NCBI GenBank assembly: GCA_037379345.1
Contig: CM074522.1
Span: 310,001-374,000, forward strand
DNA length: 64,000 nucleotides
Origin: Perna viridis
Taxonomy: Eukaryota
Reading direction: 5' to 3'
The position numbers and the translations under genes are program-made. Under the pieces are notes generated by a model that was not told the DNA's origin, did not search any database, and was given only the letters and a program-made list of their open reading frames with translations. Shown piece by piece: positions 10,940 through 23,725 of this stretch (the stretch's first letter is position 1; every line of letters begins with the position of its first letter).

Positions 10940-13900
10940 GTAAGTGTACGCTGTAGTCTTTAGAGTAGTTCTATGTCATATAGTTCACAAAGGAAGTCTA
11001 TGAACCCGTCCATCAAGTAAGTTTATATGCTAGTCCACAGAGTAAGTCTATTTTCTTGCCGACTAAGTATTCCTGTAATGGATCCAGAAATTTATAAAAA
11101 AAAAAAAAAAAAAAAAAAAAGGTATATTTATACTGGCTATCCATAGCTCAATTTTCCCCAAATATTGTAGAGAGCCTTCCAACAAAAGGATTCCCAAACC
11201 CTGACACCCCCACTAGTATCTTCCAATGTGTCCACAGAGTATTAGCTCTACTTTACAGAGTGCATATTTTAGTCAATAGTGATCCTGTGTTCTCGTCCTT
11301 GGGTACTTAAATGTGTTGGTCCACTTATTAAATGAAGCTGTGTTCAAGTCCACTGAGTTAGTCAATGCGCTGGCTTACAGAGTAATTCTATGTTCTAGTC
11401 CACAGCATACTCTAGCCCATGGTATTGGACTATGCAAGTAAGCGGATGCTCTTGTCCATAGCGTTAGACTGTGCTCAAGTCCACAGAGTTGCCCTATACT
11501 CTAGTTAGCAGAGTAAGTCAATGTTCTTGTCCACAGAGTAAGTCTACTCCCTAGTCAATAGTCCACAAAGTAAGTCTATGCTCTAGTCCACGGAGTAAGC
11601 CATCTCTCTAGTCCATAGAGTAAGTCTTTGGTCTAGTCCGCAAAGTAAATCTATGCTCTAGTCCACGGAGTAAGCCATCTCTCTAGTCCACAGAGTAAGT
11701 CTTTGGTCTAGTCCACAGATTAAGTAAACGTTCAAGTCAACAGAAAAGTGGATGCTGTAGTCCATACAGTTAAACTATGCTATAGTCCTAGTACATGTAT
11801 TTCACACTAAACTGTTGAATTGTGTATTAGTTTAATTTTATTGATTTTCAATTATAGTAATAGAGGTTGACGTAACAGGAGTTGACGATGGTCCGGAGGA
11901 GATGTTGGACTACAAGGTACAGGTCATCAACGTGTTAAGGGTAAGCATCCGAAAACTAGGAATTCGTGTTGTTTGTCTGTCATTTTGTTAACAAAACATT
12001 ACCCAGTTTATCCGTGATTTGTAGTGATTTTGATAGTAGAGCAAGGATACTTAGTCTAGTTTCTTTATATTTTTAAAATACATATTATGGCGACATTTAT
12101 GGGGCAGAATTCTTTTATGTCGTCGGTTTATTGAGTAAAACTTATCTATCACGTCAGAAATAAGACGTGATGTCTATGACTTCATCAAAGTTTTACCATG
12201 GCTGTAGTCTCAACGCCTTTAAAGGGCGTCATGCATGTATTAGAAATGTATTATAATGTCAAATAAGCTTCTATATGATGGTAAAACATATGTGTTAAGC
12301 CTAAGTTACTATGTTAACTATTGAAATTTTATGGTAATCATCTCGATTTGATTGTTCCATATTAATTATTTTGTTAGATCAAACTTACCGGATTGACAAC
12401 TAGTCGAACTCTCCGCCTGCCGGATTTTACTTGCAATGTACATTTGCATAAAATGAAATTATTTCACTACCATGCATTGATGTTTTTTCTGTCGGCCATT
12501 TTTGGGAAACATTTTTGTACAGTACATAATATGAAATTTTAGAGATTCAGGAAAGAATCAGTTCAATTTAATTCCAAAATGAAAGTTTTTCATAACAGGA
12601 AACAGAAATTAAACAAAACAAACAAATAACCGAAATAAAATATTGTGATTATTGTGGTGTTCATTTGCATTAGTATTTCAAAATGATTGTTCTAGATTCA
12701 CATTCAGCATCTATATTCCTTTGACCTCTCAACTGCCAAAAATACCGACCTTTGGTAACAATTAAACCTACTGGAACTCTTCTATTTCAGGGTAGCTTAA
12801 ATAAGGAACAAAATAAAGGATCTGTGTTGGTTCCCCTTGCTGAACCACCGTGCTATGAGGACTTTATTATGGAGAAAGGACAAAAATATGTACTCGCCGG
12901 TATTGTTATATGTTATTGGACTATTTTTTTCCTGTCTAGTTTTCGATTTATTATATTTTTTTATTCAAAAATACAATAAAAAGTCCACAGTACAAGATAC
13001 TGTTACTGTTGATAATGAAAATTAATTACTGTAATTATCGACAGTCAAATATTGTTACTGCTATTGTTGACAATAAAAATCGTTACTCTGATTGTCGACA
13101 ACAATAATTCGTACTGCTATTGTCGATCGTATATATAGAAATACCACTCATATAAATATTGCAAATTTTATTTTGTTGTTGTGCCTGTCCCAAGTCAGAA
13201 ATTTCTGGCCTCTGTATGTCTTGTTTCGGTTTCACTCTCAGATTACTTTTATGCTGCCGGAGTATATAAGCTCAACTATTTCGTTGCACCTGTGTATAAT
13301 GTTGTTTTATGGCCAGCTGCAGCCTGCCCAATGGTATGAGAGTTTCCTCGTCGTTTGTTGAAGACCCATGGGTAGCATTGAGCTGACATTTTCCATCCTG
13401 GTGGGATTGTTGTTTCTTATATACATTCCCTTTATATTCAATGAGTAACATCTTATCAGCAGCGTTATAACCAAATACTTAGGAAGTTTTAGATTCAGAG
13501 ACAGGAAACCAAATACAGCATCGTTATATTTTTGTCGACAGTAAAAGATCGTTACTGTTTTTGTAGACAGTAAAATATTGTTATACATGTACTGTTTTTG
13601 TCGACAGTACAAGATCGTTACTGTTTTTGTAGACAGTAAAATATTGTTACTGTTTTTGTCAACAGTGAAATATTAAGTTACACGGATTGTACTCTTATTC
13701 AAACTTCAATTTTGTGTTGAAAATTATGGAAATTCATATAGTGGTTCAATTTCTTGTCATTGTACTGTCCTGTCATCAAGGTGTATCTCTAAAGAAACTC
13801 TAGATAAGTTTTATTAATTACATTTTTTTTTATTTTAAGTATTGACAATGAAATCAGTTACATGTTTTGAGTTACTGGCTGACATGTTTTTTTAATTAAA

Positions 13901-14032
13901 CTTTTTTTTCTTTTTCCTTCAGTTGACACAATTGGATCTTATATGGTTTTGAATCATTGTAATTTTGCTGCAGACGTTCGAGATTTGACAAGTATAGAGA
14001 GGACTGCGATCATTAACGGGTGCTACAAATAG
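10807..14032 (+). CDS. TIMP: Spliced gene, join(10807..10939,11858..11940,12791..12899,13923..14032): 144-aa secreted TIMP-like (NTR/TIMP N-domain only) protein
   Basis: GT-AG introns in phases 1,0,1 give a 435-nt open frame: MLLTGTLALLVLLIPNAELCECDAKDKEWLQGKLVPKSLCTSPQIIEVDVTGVDDGPEEMLDYKVQVINVLRGSLNKEQNKGSVLVPLAEPPCYEDFIMEKGQKYVLAVDTIGSYMVLNHCNFAADVRDLTSIERTAIINGCYK*. It has a hydrophobic signal peptide, CxC, six Cys (20,22,40,93,121,142) and motifs IEVDV (VIRAK-like), YKVQV, GQKYVLA, CNF..LT..ER. The symbol denotes the family, not a specific orthologue. Confidence 0.88.
10925..11790. repeat. Degenerate ~25-bp minisatellite (ctagtccacagagtaagtctatgct) overlapping the TIMP exon-1 donor
   Basis: Many tandem copies; interrupted by a polyA-containing MITE-like remnant at ~11073-11228. 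Confidence 0.85.
11858..11940 (+). CDS. TIMP-like coding exon 2
   Basis: ttttcaattatAG| ... AGG|GTAAGC; encodes IIEVDVTGVDDGPEEMLDYKVQVINVLR. Confidence 0.88.
12791..12899 (+). CDS. TIMP-like coding exon 3
   Basis: tctatttcAG| ... GCCG|GTATTG; encodes GSLN...PPCYEDFIMEKGQKYVLA (core of ORF 12752..12979). Confidence 0.85.
12995..13675. repeat. ~28-bp minisatellite (gttactgtttttgtcgacagtaaaatatt) in two blocks
   Basis: Blocks at 12995-13130 and 13520-13675. Confidence 0.75.
13165..13445 (+). mobile_element. Interspersed repeat (family B) interrupting a 28-bp minisatellite in TIMP intron 3
   Basis: 13310-13430 matches the reverse complement of 47960-48075. Confidence 0.65.
13923..14032 (+). 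CDS. TIMP-like coding exon 4 (terminal, stop TAG 14030-14032)
   Basis: Long pyrimidine tract tttttttctttttccttcAG|; encodes VDTIGSYMVLNHCNFAADVRDLTSIERTAIINGCYK*. Confidence 0.87.
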
Positions 14033-14469
14033 AGCAAGTCTGTAATCATTGACGGGTGCTAAAGATAGTGCAGGATTGTTTTATTCAAAATCTTATGACA
14101 TCTGTTTATTGTTTGTATATAAATTGTCATTGTAATGCAAAAAATATTTCACTTCATAAATAATTGACTAATTTTTTTCTTTCTTTTTTTATGTATTATC
14201 TTAATAACAAATCATAATAGAACCTATGGTAGAAAGACAATTGTTGGGTTAACACCACAGATTTTGACATGTCTTATTCATTATTTCATATATTTTAGTT
14301 GCACTTCATAGGTGTTCCCTGTAGGGGTGTGATATAGGGAATGCAATATAGGTCTAGGGTGTGATACATGTAGGGTAATCGATATAGGGTTTAAACAGTT
14401 CTTTATATCAATGACATATATTCACACTAAAATATAACTTTTTGTATATGCATTATATGTAATTGTTTA

Positions 14470-14865
14470 CACCCTATATTGCATACCCTGTATCACACCT
14501 AGATCTATATCGCATACCCTATATCACACCTCCAGACCTATATTCCATATCCTATATCACAACTCTAGACCTACATCGCATACCCTATATCACACCCGTA
14601 GACCTATATCGCATACCCTATATCACACCTCCAGACCTATATCCCATACCCTATATCACACCTCCAGACCTATATCACATACCCTATATCACACCTCCAG
14701 ACCTATGTCCCATACCCTATATCACACCTCCAGACCTATATCCCATACTCTATATCACACCCCTAGACCGATATCGCATACCCTATATCTCACCTCCAGA
14801 CCTATATCCCATACCGTATATGTATATCACACCCGTAGACCTATATCCCATACCCTATATCACGG
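14470..14865. repeat. 33-bp minisatellite (accctatatcacacctccagacctatatcccat)
   Basis: About 12 copies; inverted copies at 14323-14390. Confidence 0.95.
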
Positions 14866-15099
14866 TCTCAGGCTGATACTGCATGGAATACAGATTTCGA
14901 CACGTAATATTCAGTATATATATGCATGTAAAAACGACTATATCGTTTAATATTTGATATATGTGTAAATCTATAAATCAGCCGTATTTATGATGCCGTC
15001 CTCGTCTTATTCCATAGACACTCGGTGTCCTTAAAATAAAGTGATTATAAGTGTATAAACCCAAAGTTGCTATATCACAAAAATGGCTTGTATTGACTT

Positions 15100-15670
15100 A
15101 GGGGTTTGTGACTTGAACCTCTATATGATTTGGAAGCCAGAAAGACGTATTTTCCTAATGCCTGGTCAATTGAACGGATCTCTTTTAAATTGTACCACAA
15201 GTGCCTATACCACCACAGAAAGGCTTGGATTAATTTAGGAAGTTGTGAATTGAACTGTTTAGGAGTAAAAGGGGACCAAAAATAAACATTTTTCTGATGT
15301 TCTGACAATAATTTAACTATATAAGTGAATGAATCATTTTTAAATTGTACCACAAGCTGTCACACCACAACGGAAGACCGGGATCGATTTTGGGGATTGT
15401 GATTTGACAATAGGAATGAGTGGAGCAAAAACTGGACTATAAGTATACAATTTTGTTTCTTTTGTTTAGATAAATTTAAATGAATGAATCTTTTGGAACT
15501 TTTCAAGTGCAATACCACAAAAAAGAAACGGGCATTGAATGTTGAGGTAGTGACTTGGACCATCTTGGGGGAAAAAAAGCGAAGCAACAAACAAACATTT
15601 TCCTGATTTCTGGATAATAACTTGAATAAAAGTGAATGGATCTCTTTAAAATTGTACCACAAAGTGTAAT
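15100..15670. mobile_element. HINE-like repeat remnant with internal repeats
   Basis: Repeated ...aaattgtaccacaa blocks; similar to 52170-52500. Confidence 0.5.
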
Positions 15671-16042
15671 GCCACAAACTAAAAAAAGAACAGATATGGT
15701 GAAACGCAACAAATGCATCAGGGTATAACTTAATCACAAAATAGTAAATACTCAGAGATCACCAAAAGGTCTTAAACAAGTGTAAACAAACAAAGCCATG
15801 AAAGGCCATAAAATTCACTCAATAAAACATCCAATTCTTATTATGTAATACCTCAACATACATATTATAGACAAAATGAGATATCCACTTAAAAACGCTC
15901 ACAGTTACTGAAAGATTAGACAATATTATTATATACTAGTATTAGAAATGATCGGTTACTTCAATTCCAATTTGAATTTGACTTTGAATTTGGAATAGTA
16001 ATGTCAAGTACTAATGATTAATATTTGACGTAGTGCAATATT

Positions 16043-17089
16043 AAACAAAAGGCTCCCAGGAGCCTGAATCGCTCACCTTGTTAAATTTTTGCCTTTTAAG
16101 GGCAATAACTCTAACAAGAAGTTGTCAGACAATTTTGACTCCATTTGATTCATTGGATACATTTGTAAGCCTTATAATAAGGATCATTTCAGCAATTGAA
16201 AGCTATTGGCTAAGACTAACAGATCTGGAGATGTAGGCAAATATCTGCTGTCTGACCCCATTGTTCTATTTTAAAAAACGGCAGTCATATTTTTTTCATT
16301 TCGTTAAGGATACCCTATAAAACAAAAAATGTCAACTTTCATTGAATTCTGTAGAGCAGTTTCTGAGGAGAAGATTTTTTAAAGTAATAACATCATAAGC
16401 AGAAAAAAAAACGTCCAAAAAGGGCAATAAATCCAACATGGGTCAACAAATTTTCACCAAAATTTGACCACAGATAGATCTCTTCATGCTGAATGATTTT
16501 ACCCCAATGTCAGAATTCGGCTAAACCTAACGGTTTTGGAGATAAATGCGAAGAACTACTATCTGACCCATATGTTCTATTTTTAGTAAGGGTGGCCATG
16601 TTTTTCAACGGATCAAAAATCCTCACATCAGTTCTATGCACGATACCCGAAGAAACATTCATACCAAGTTTAGTTCCAATTGGTCAGGTGGTGTCAGAGA
16701 AGATTTTTGAACGAAATAACATTCAAAATAGCAAAAAAAAAACGTCGAAAAAGGACAATAACTCCAACATGGCTTAATAGATTAAAATGAAAATTTGACC
16801 GCAGATAGATCTCACCATGCTAAACGCTTTTACCCAGTCAGAAATTTGCTAAACTTAACGGATTTGGGGATATATGCGAAAAACTACTGTCTGACTCCTA
16901 CTTTTAGTAACGGCGGCCATGTTTTCCGACGGATCAAAAATCCCCATATCAGTTCTATGCACAATACCCCAAGGAACATTCATACCAAGTTTGGTTCAAA
17001 TTGGTCAAGTAGTTTCAGAGGAGAATAGTTGTGAAAAATTGTTAATGACGACGACGGACGCCAAGTGATGGCAATAGGTGAGCTAAAAA
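16043..17089. mobile_element. Helentron-type HINE with ~310-bp internal tandem units
   Basis: AACAA..CGCTCACC at the left end, (GAC)n..GGTGAGCTAAAAA at the right end, ~3 internal repeats. Confidence 0.8.
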
Positions 17090-17299
17090 TGACTTAGTTA
17101 AGTAGGGGTGCAATTTGAGGCAGAAAAATCTTTACTTGTGTAAACAAGGTTCACAGAATAGACAATAATTTGAAAATCGTATCTATATTAAAGACAGTTG
17201 ATAAATCTATCGGATTTTGTTTGAAATGCTGTGCTTTAAAGACAGTATTTCCGTACAAAACTGGTGAGCAACACCATTTTTCATTAAGAACCTGCAAGT

Positions 17300-17790
17300 G
17301 CTATAATATTTTAGTATCAAAACTTTTGTAACGGTGAAAAAAAAACTTTTCTGGAAGTTTGTGATATTAATACACCTGGTTCAAAAGCCTTTCAGTGAGC
17401 AATCTGTTGTGTTCATTAAAATATGATAATACTCTATGACAAATACGAGCAAAACAGACCAGTTCTGAAATGCAAATACCACAGGAGGGTGCTTCAGGAC
17501 ATTACTATCTAGGAATGGAAAATTGACATTAGGAAAATCAAAATCCTTGATCTCTTTTGTCATAATTTTTTGTATGAATGCTACCTTTTTCTAGTGTAAT
17601 ATCTAAATCAAGAAAAGGTGTACGAGCGCTATTGCTGATAGACTTTGTTAACTCTTTGGAGTATATATCTTGAACATACTGTTCGAAGTTTGGATTATTT
17701 ACGGTCTAGATATATAATCAAGGTATCAGAAAGTATCCTTAAATTCTCACAACTGGACATGTTTAGAATGAATTTAAAGAGTCTAGCCAT
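17300..17790 (-). mobile_element. Decayed Penelope-like (Naiad-type, inferred) RT fragment, a second family
   Basis: TF*YLDYI (degenerate YLDD), VNNPNFEQYVQDIYSKEL, PFLDLDI, NYDKRD..FDFPNVNFPFLDSNV. Confidence 0.82.
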
Positions 17791-18312
17791 GAACACTGAT
17801 TGTCACGCATCAGATATGAAAGAGGCACATTGAGTCCCTATTGGAATACAAAGTAAGACTTGGATCGCTTATTTTTTTTTTGGGGGGGGGGCGGGAGGGT
17901 GTTTCAGTTATGCACTATGTTTCAACTTCGACACTTATTAAGGAATGGTGTAGAGTCAGTTATTATGCATAATGCGTCATTTGTTTGTTGTAGTTTCTTA
18001 CATAAATTTACATTCAAAATAGTTGTCACACTTGAACTTTAAGCGAAATTCGCATGCATGAAGTTAATCAGTGTAGTATATTACGAAGTCCCGGAAAGGC
18101 CGGATGCAGACCATTTGAATGGGAGGGTGCCAGCCAATGTTCCTCAGAAAGTGGGGTGCGAGGACATTATTTGCTATTGTTTTTGTCTATTTAATTATTA
18201 AAAAACGTGGTGCTAACCCCTGCCCTCCTGTGATCCGCCACGGTCCTGAATTAATTAAGATGTAATTGATGGGGAGTATGGTGTTGTACTCATTTACACA
18301 TGTGCTAGGTCC

Positions 18313-18953
18313 GACAAACGCGATGACTCTTCATTCATGTCAATTTTCCTTTCATTTGTGGCAACATTCCTTCAACACCTGCATATGAAGTTTTCATGTC
18401 ACAACTCATACGTTATGCCACAGCTTGCCGTAACTACGCAGACTTTTTTTTCGCACTAGACTTCTCACAATTAGCCTCTGTAGCAGGCTTATGTTGCTAC
18501 ATGATTGAAGTCATCACTACAGAAATTGTATGGTCGTCATCATGAACTCGTGGATCGTTGCGGTGTATCCATCTGCACCATGAAAACTGATTTTTTTTCT
18601 GCGTGTCATAGTGATCCTTTCCTCTTTCGTCTACCATGGACTTGACTTTTATGAGCAACTCGGTATTTAAAGCAGAGGACACTTCACCTGCCGGTACACT
18701 TGGTCCATGCTCCCATGCAGTTTTTAGTGCAGTCCGTGTTGCTCATTTACTTTTGTTACTTGGTATGCATTATTTTGGTTTTTTTTTAAATTCTTTGTTG
18801 TATGTGTCAGTTTTTCATGTCAGATCTTTGTCCCTGATTACGTTCAAAACCTTGGTTCAGTGGATTACTCTTTGTAATGAGTTAGAATTAGAGTTACCCT
18901 TCTTGGGGTTGGTTTGCATTTAGAGCTTTAACCTTGGTTCCCTTGATTACTCT
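18313..18953 (+). mobile_element. Penelope-like element, RT C-terminus + 3'UTR (family A, copy 2)
   Basis: DKRDD..VNFPFICGNIPSTPAY..SQLIRYATACRNYADF; terminal segment duplicated near 18850 and 18930. Confidence 0.85.
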
Positions 18954-19084
18954 TACAGAAAATTTCTAACTTGAATAGTTTTACTGATTTTCTTATACTT
19001 CCATGTGGATGTTATAAGAATCAATGAAAAATAAAAAAAAAGAACTTGTAAGCAACAGGTACCAGGTCCGACATGCACATTTCG

Positions 19085-19155
19085 ATACACAATCAGCTGA
19101 TGTTTGACCTCAAGTTAGGTCACGGCATTATCCAATCGGATTTCACGTCACAAAT
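19085..19155 (+). promoter_or_regulatory. Putative promoter of a long + strand gene
   Basis: E-box CAGCTG (~19094), CCAAT (~19132) and CRE-like TCACGTCA (~19143) in a CpG-retaining patch just upstream of a strong donor. Confidence 0.45.
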
Positions 19156-19468
19156 AAAACTTGGTCTAAAAATATCACTTTTTCTTCACCTTCTTGGGAG
19201 TTGGGAATTTTGAATGAGAGTTCAAGCAAGGTCTGTATCGGATAATAGGGGAATATATGATTCTTTATTTTTCTATTTTCACGAATCGATTTCTTTTTCC
19301 ATCGGCGTATTCCACCGTCTTCTTGGTCAACTTCAAAATGACTCATTGCTTAGTTTATTGATTGCCAGTAGCCACCAAAACATGAAAATATTTTGATTGT
19401 TTTTTTTTTAGAAATCAGTGGATGATATTGGGAAATACACAAAGAAGTCTGTTTTCCTCTGGAATTCG
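19150..19468 (+). other. Putative first exon of a long gene that continues beyond the window (product unknown)
   Basis: TTCG|GTAAGT donor at 19469; CpG content drops sharply after ~19.6 kb; start approximate. Confidence 0.55.
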
Positions 19469-21559
19469 GTAAGTTGATGAAGTTTCATTTTAAGGTCCAA
19501 ATATTAAATATGAACCACTGTCTACAATGTTTCGTCCGAATTTCCTCAGGCCTCGCTATTATCCCTTTTAGGATACATGTACAGTGTCTGGAGCTGTTTA
19601 TGATTTGGCCGCCCATACATTGACACAGTCAAATAAGAAAATAGCTCCAGAAACTGAAGCCTTACAATATGTTGACTTTGGATCAGAGGATTTTGCCATC
19701 CATGTACAAAAAATGGATTTTTTTTGTGGTAATGTGGATTAATACACTTCAAATGCTTCAACCTGTTCAAGCAAATTTCCAGTTGAAACCATGCATGTCT
19801 GACCAGATTTGATTTTAGATTCAATTTCCTGCATGGTTATAAGCACATGGGTACCATTATATACATGTAGACAGACGTATACCATATTCAGTACAGAGAT
19901 TTTATTTTTTTAATAGAGTTTCAATCATTCTATGTGATAACACTTTACATATGAAATTGGCAAGAGTTATTTCGGGAATAAAACATTAGCAGGCGTGTTC
20001 ATGTGAACAATTTGAAGAATTCAGTTAGATTCTGGTCTTCTAAATCGTGTTTGCTACCAATTTATTAGTAATTTTTACAAGTATTTTGAATGAGATACAT
20101 GTATCAGACCTAAATGTCAGATACACAATGTATGTGTGATGTCATGTTCCATTTGTTTGTGGAAGACATAATATTTGAAAATCCCAGATATTCTTCCATG
20201 GTCACTATTCCAGGCTGGAAAATCAGTAAATTGTATCTGGGGCTCTAACCCACAGTGGGGTCAACCTTTTGATTTTAAGTCCAGCACCTTAACTATTGTG
20301 CCTTCTTGCCCCTATATGTATATCATGGAAAGCACATGTAGTTTAAATGCAAGTACATGTACATCTTGTATTACATATAATAATGAATAAGATGATACAG
20401 ATTTACATAACAATGAAACATGATAAATAGTCCTGGTAAATAGTAATCTGCAAAATCATCATCCACATTTTCAGTAGAAAGTTACATGTACATGTACCTG
20501 TCAAGTTTTTCTCATTCTCAGACTTTCAGCATGAGGTTAAAGATATGTTGACTGCTTGCTAAATTTATCTGAACAATATTTTGTTCATTAGTAATACTTT
20601 TTGTACTTTGTACATTTTGCACATGTGTGCATTCTTTGGTACATACATGTATGTACATTTTGTACGCGTGTTGGTTTTTTGGTCTATATACATGTACAAT
20701 GTAGATATATGTATGTACTGTTTAAGTGAAAGGTTTTTGTGTTTCCATCAAGCATTGACATTGAATTATGCTGGAGTCTTACAATTCCTAAACTCACCCC
20801 CTAATTCTTAATCCATGTTGACTTGATATTTAAGTCTTCCATTATCGCTTAAGAAGGTCAACTTCAACACAACAATTCCTTGATTACATGTACATGTAAT
20901 TCATAATTTGTTCTTGTCAAAGTTCAGCAGATGTTTAAGGTCCTATACAATATGTATAGTGTTTAGTCACCACTTGGTCATTTAAACATTTTTTGAAGCA
21001 GTTGCATGAGCAATATAAATTTACCACAAAAATATTAACTAAGTTATATAAATAATAAATAATGTCATTCTATTTTTGTATCAGAAATATTCATTCTGAC
21101 CTGAAAACTTGAAAAAAAGATTTGTACAAGGTAAACATTAGTATCTTTGTAAACATGTACATGTAAAGTCATCATAGAACAGGAAATAGTAAGAATGACC
21201 AGTTTTTACATGGTACAATGTATGAGTATTCTTTATATTTCAAAGTTCATTCTAAGGTACATTGTATAACATAAGTAGAAATCCCCCTGTCTGTCTGTCC
21301 ACATATCTTGTTCCTGACAAGTTTTTACATGGTGCAGTACATGTATTTGTATGATTACATGTATTTTCAATGTTACATATACACCTGTACATATATAAAT
21401 GAACAATTGTATGTATTTAATTGAAAATTGTTGCTACTTACACTGTTTTTTTTAATGTTCTATATTGTATTATCTTAAAGTGATTTGGTATTGTCAAATC
21501 AGCTTTTGTTTATGTGTTGTGTTGTTTATTTTTAATTTCTAGTAGATAAAGTTTTTGTG

Positions 21560-21642
21560 TGTGAGGGCCTCAGGGAAGATTAGCTGGTAAACTAACTGTG
21601 TAACCCTCTTGAAATAAGATTTTATTATTATTATTATTATTT
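21560..21642 (+). mobile_element. LINE/SINE 3' terminus with (TTA)n tail
   Basis: Stem-loop-like gaggg...ccctc, then aataag and (tta)n. Confidence 0.45.
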
Positions 21643-23109
21643 AATAGAAAAAATGAACAGATATGGTGAAACACTATCATATCAATAAAAAAGTAAATAC
21701 AGAGATCACCAAAAGGTCTTCAGTAAGTGTAAACTCTGAAAGGCCCTGACAACAAAAGTAAACAGAATAATAACACTTCTTCCACAAAAAGTCAACACAG
21801 ACAGAGTAATGACCAACATCTTTGGACAGGCACATGTAAGGTTGATTTTAAGGTTGATATTTGAGTCATGAATATCAGCTTTTCACAAAAAACATATATA
21901 TAACAATCAAAACATTAAATTTGAAGGCTTTACGTGTTCTTGGGTTTATAAAGAAGTTCACTGCTTTGTGTTATATTTATCATGCAAAAATTTTATATCA
22001 TATTTTACAGTTGAGTGTTCCAATGATAACATGAATATAAATGTAAGAATCAGCATGACAAGGTCATTATATTTTCTATATTGTAAAATCATGAAAGATT
22101 TAATCAAAAATTTAATTTTAAAAACTGTTAATGGCCCATGAATTTATAATTCTTTGTCAGAAAGTAAAATATTAATAGCAAAATTCACCAAGGGAAGTCA
22201 AATGGAACTTGGCCTTGGTATGACCTTTGGCCTTTTCACTTTAACTTAGATACATGTACATCCTATGGAATATCAGAATTATTGTAGTTGAAATCAAGTT
22301 ATTTATTCAATATTAAAATGAATAGTTTCCATATTTCCATAATAACACTTACATCACATAAAAAAATATTTGTACAGGTCAAGAAAGTACTGACCTTAAT
22401 GGGTCAATTCCTTACTGCAGGATGTAGACTTGCATGTACACAGATATTGTTGGTATAGCATGCTGTATCTTAAGTTATTCTCAAATTTTTTTTGAAAGGA
22501 GAGTTTTACTTTGTAACTAATTGAAACAAGTTCAAATTTTTGGAGAAAACACAGATATATAATATTGTGGAATATTAAATAACCGTTTTTGGTAGACATT
22601 GGTGTGATTGCTAAAAGTGCTTTAGCTGGACCTCACCTTAAGGGCCACAACAGGAGGATGTGAAAGTCGATTTGTCTCCCTCAAAAAATAATATGGACAG
22701 AAGCACAGTTGAATTTTGTAGGGCGATCAACAGGTCCATATTATTAATTGTAATTTGACCCAAAGTAACATGAACTATTTGCTATATTATCCCTTTTTCA
22801 TATAGTTTACTCTGGATCATCAGTGTAGAATAAAACACAAACTTAAATTATGAGGTCATGTTCTTAATTTGAAAATGAGAGGTCCATATAGTTTCCTACA
22901 GGTCCATATAAGTTACGACCTTATATGGTCTGACAGTTATATTCCAGAAAGTAAACAAGTAAAACTCTTGAAAATATAATACTGACTCTGTAAATGTATT
23001 AATTTTTGCTGTGTACTAAGCGTGAAAAATAGTACTTGCAAAATTAATTTTTAACACTAAGTACATGTAACACTAATTTTTTTTAAACTGCGAACGTTGA
23101 TACCTGCAA

Positions 23110-23725
23110 TTGTGTCCACTTGACTGAATCCACTAAAATTACAACCCCAAAAATTAATACACTGATATGCCATGAAGACCTCACCATATCTCCTTATTGT
23201 TTAGTTGAGAAAGAGTGACAACACAATCTTCACCAATATAGCATTGTGTGGAAAATTTTAGAAAATGATTGTGAGCCATGTAGCTTTACAAGGTCTTAGA
23301 GATACATGTACATGTATAAAACCTATTAAATTTCAGCTTTTAATCTTAGGGAGCCCTTCATAGAAACTATTTGATCTTTAGTTGTAATGTTTGGCCTGTT
23401 GAAAAGTTAGTCATGTGTCCACTTGACTGAATGATAGAATCTGCTAAAATTAGCAACCTGAAAATTAATACACTGATATGCCACGAAGACCTCACCATGT
23501 GTCCTCATTGTTTAGTTGAGAAAGAGTGACAACACACTCTCCTCCAACACAGCATTGCTTGAAGAATTTAAAAAAAATGATTGTAGGTAGTGTAGCTTTA
23601 CATATATTTATAAGATCTTACACATACATGTATAAAATCTCAGCTTTAAATCTTAAAGAACCCTTCATGGAAATTATTTGATCTTTTGTTGTAAAGACTT
23701 ATGTATGGTCTTTTGAAAAGTAAGT
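23110..23725. repeat. Tandem duplication, ~310-bp unit x2
   Basis: tgtgtccacttgactgaat... begins at ~23111 and ~23414. Confidence 0.85.

Noticed and set aside
14463-14950. Pro/Tyr-rich repetitive ORF resembling an adhesive protein
   Set aside because: 33-bp satellite with an inverted arm; no ATG start or signal peptide, and two frames are open
1-19000. TIMP nested in a synapsin intron, as in vertebrates and Drosophila
   Set aside because: No synapsin-like exon recognised on the minus strand within the window; cannot be supported here
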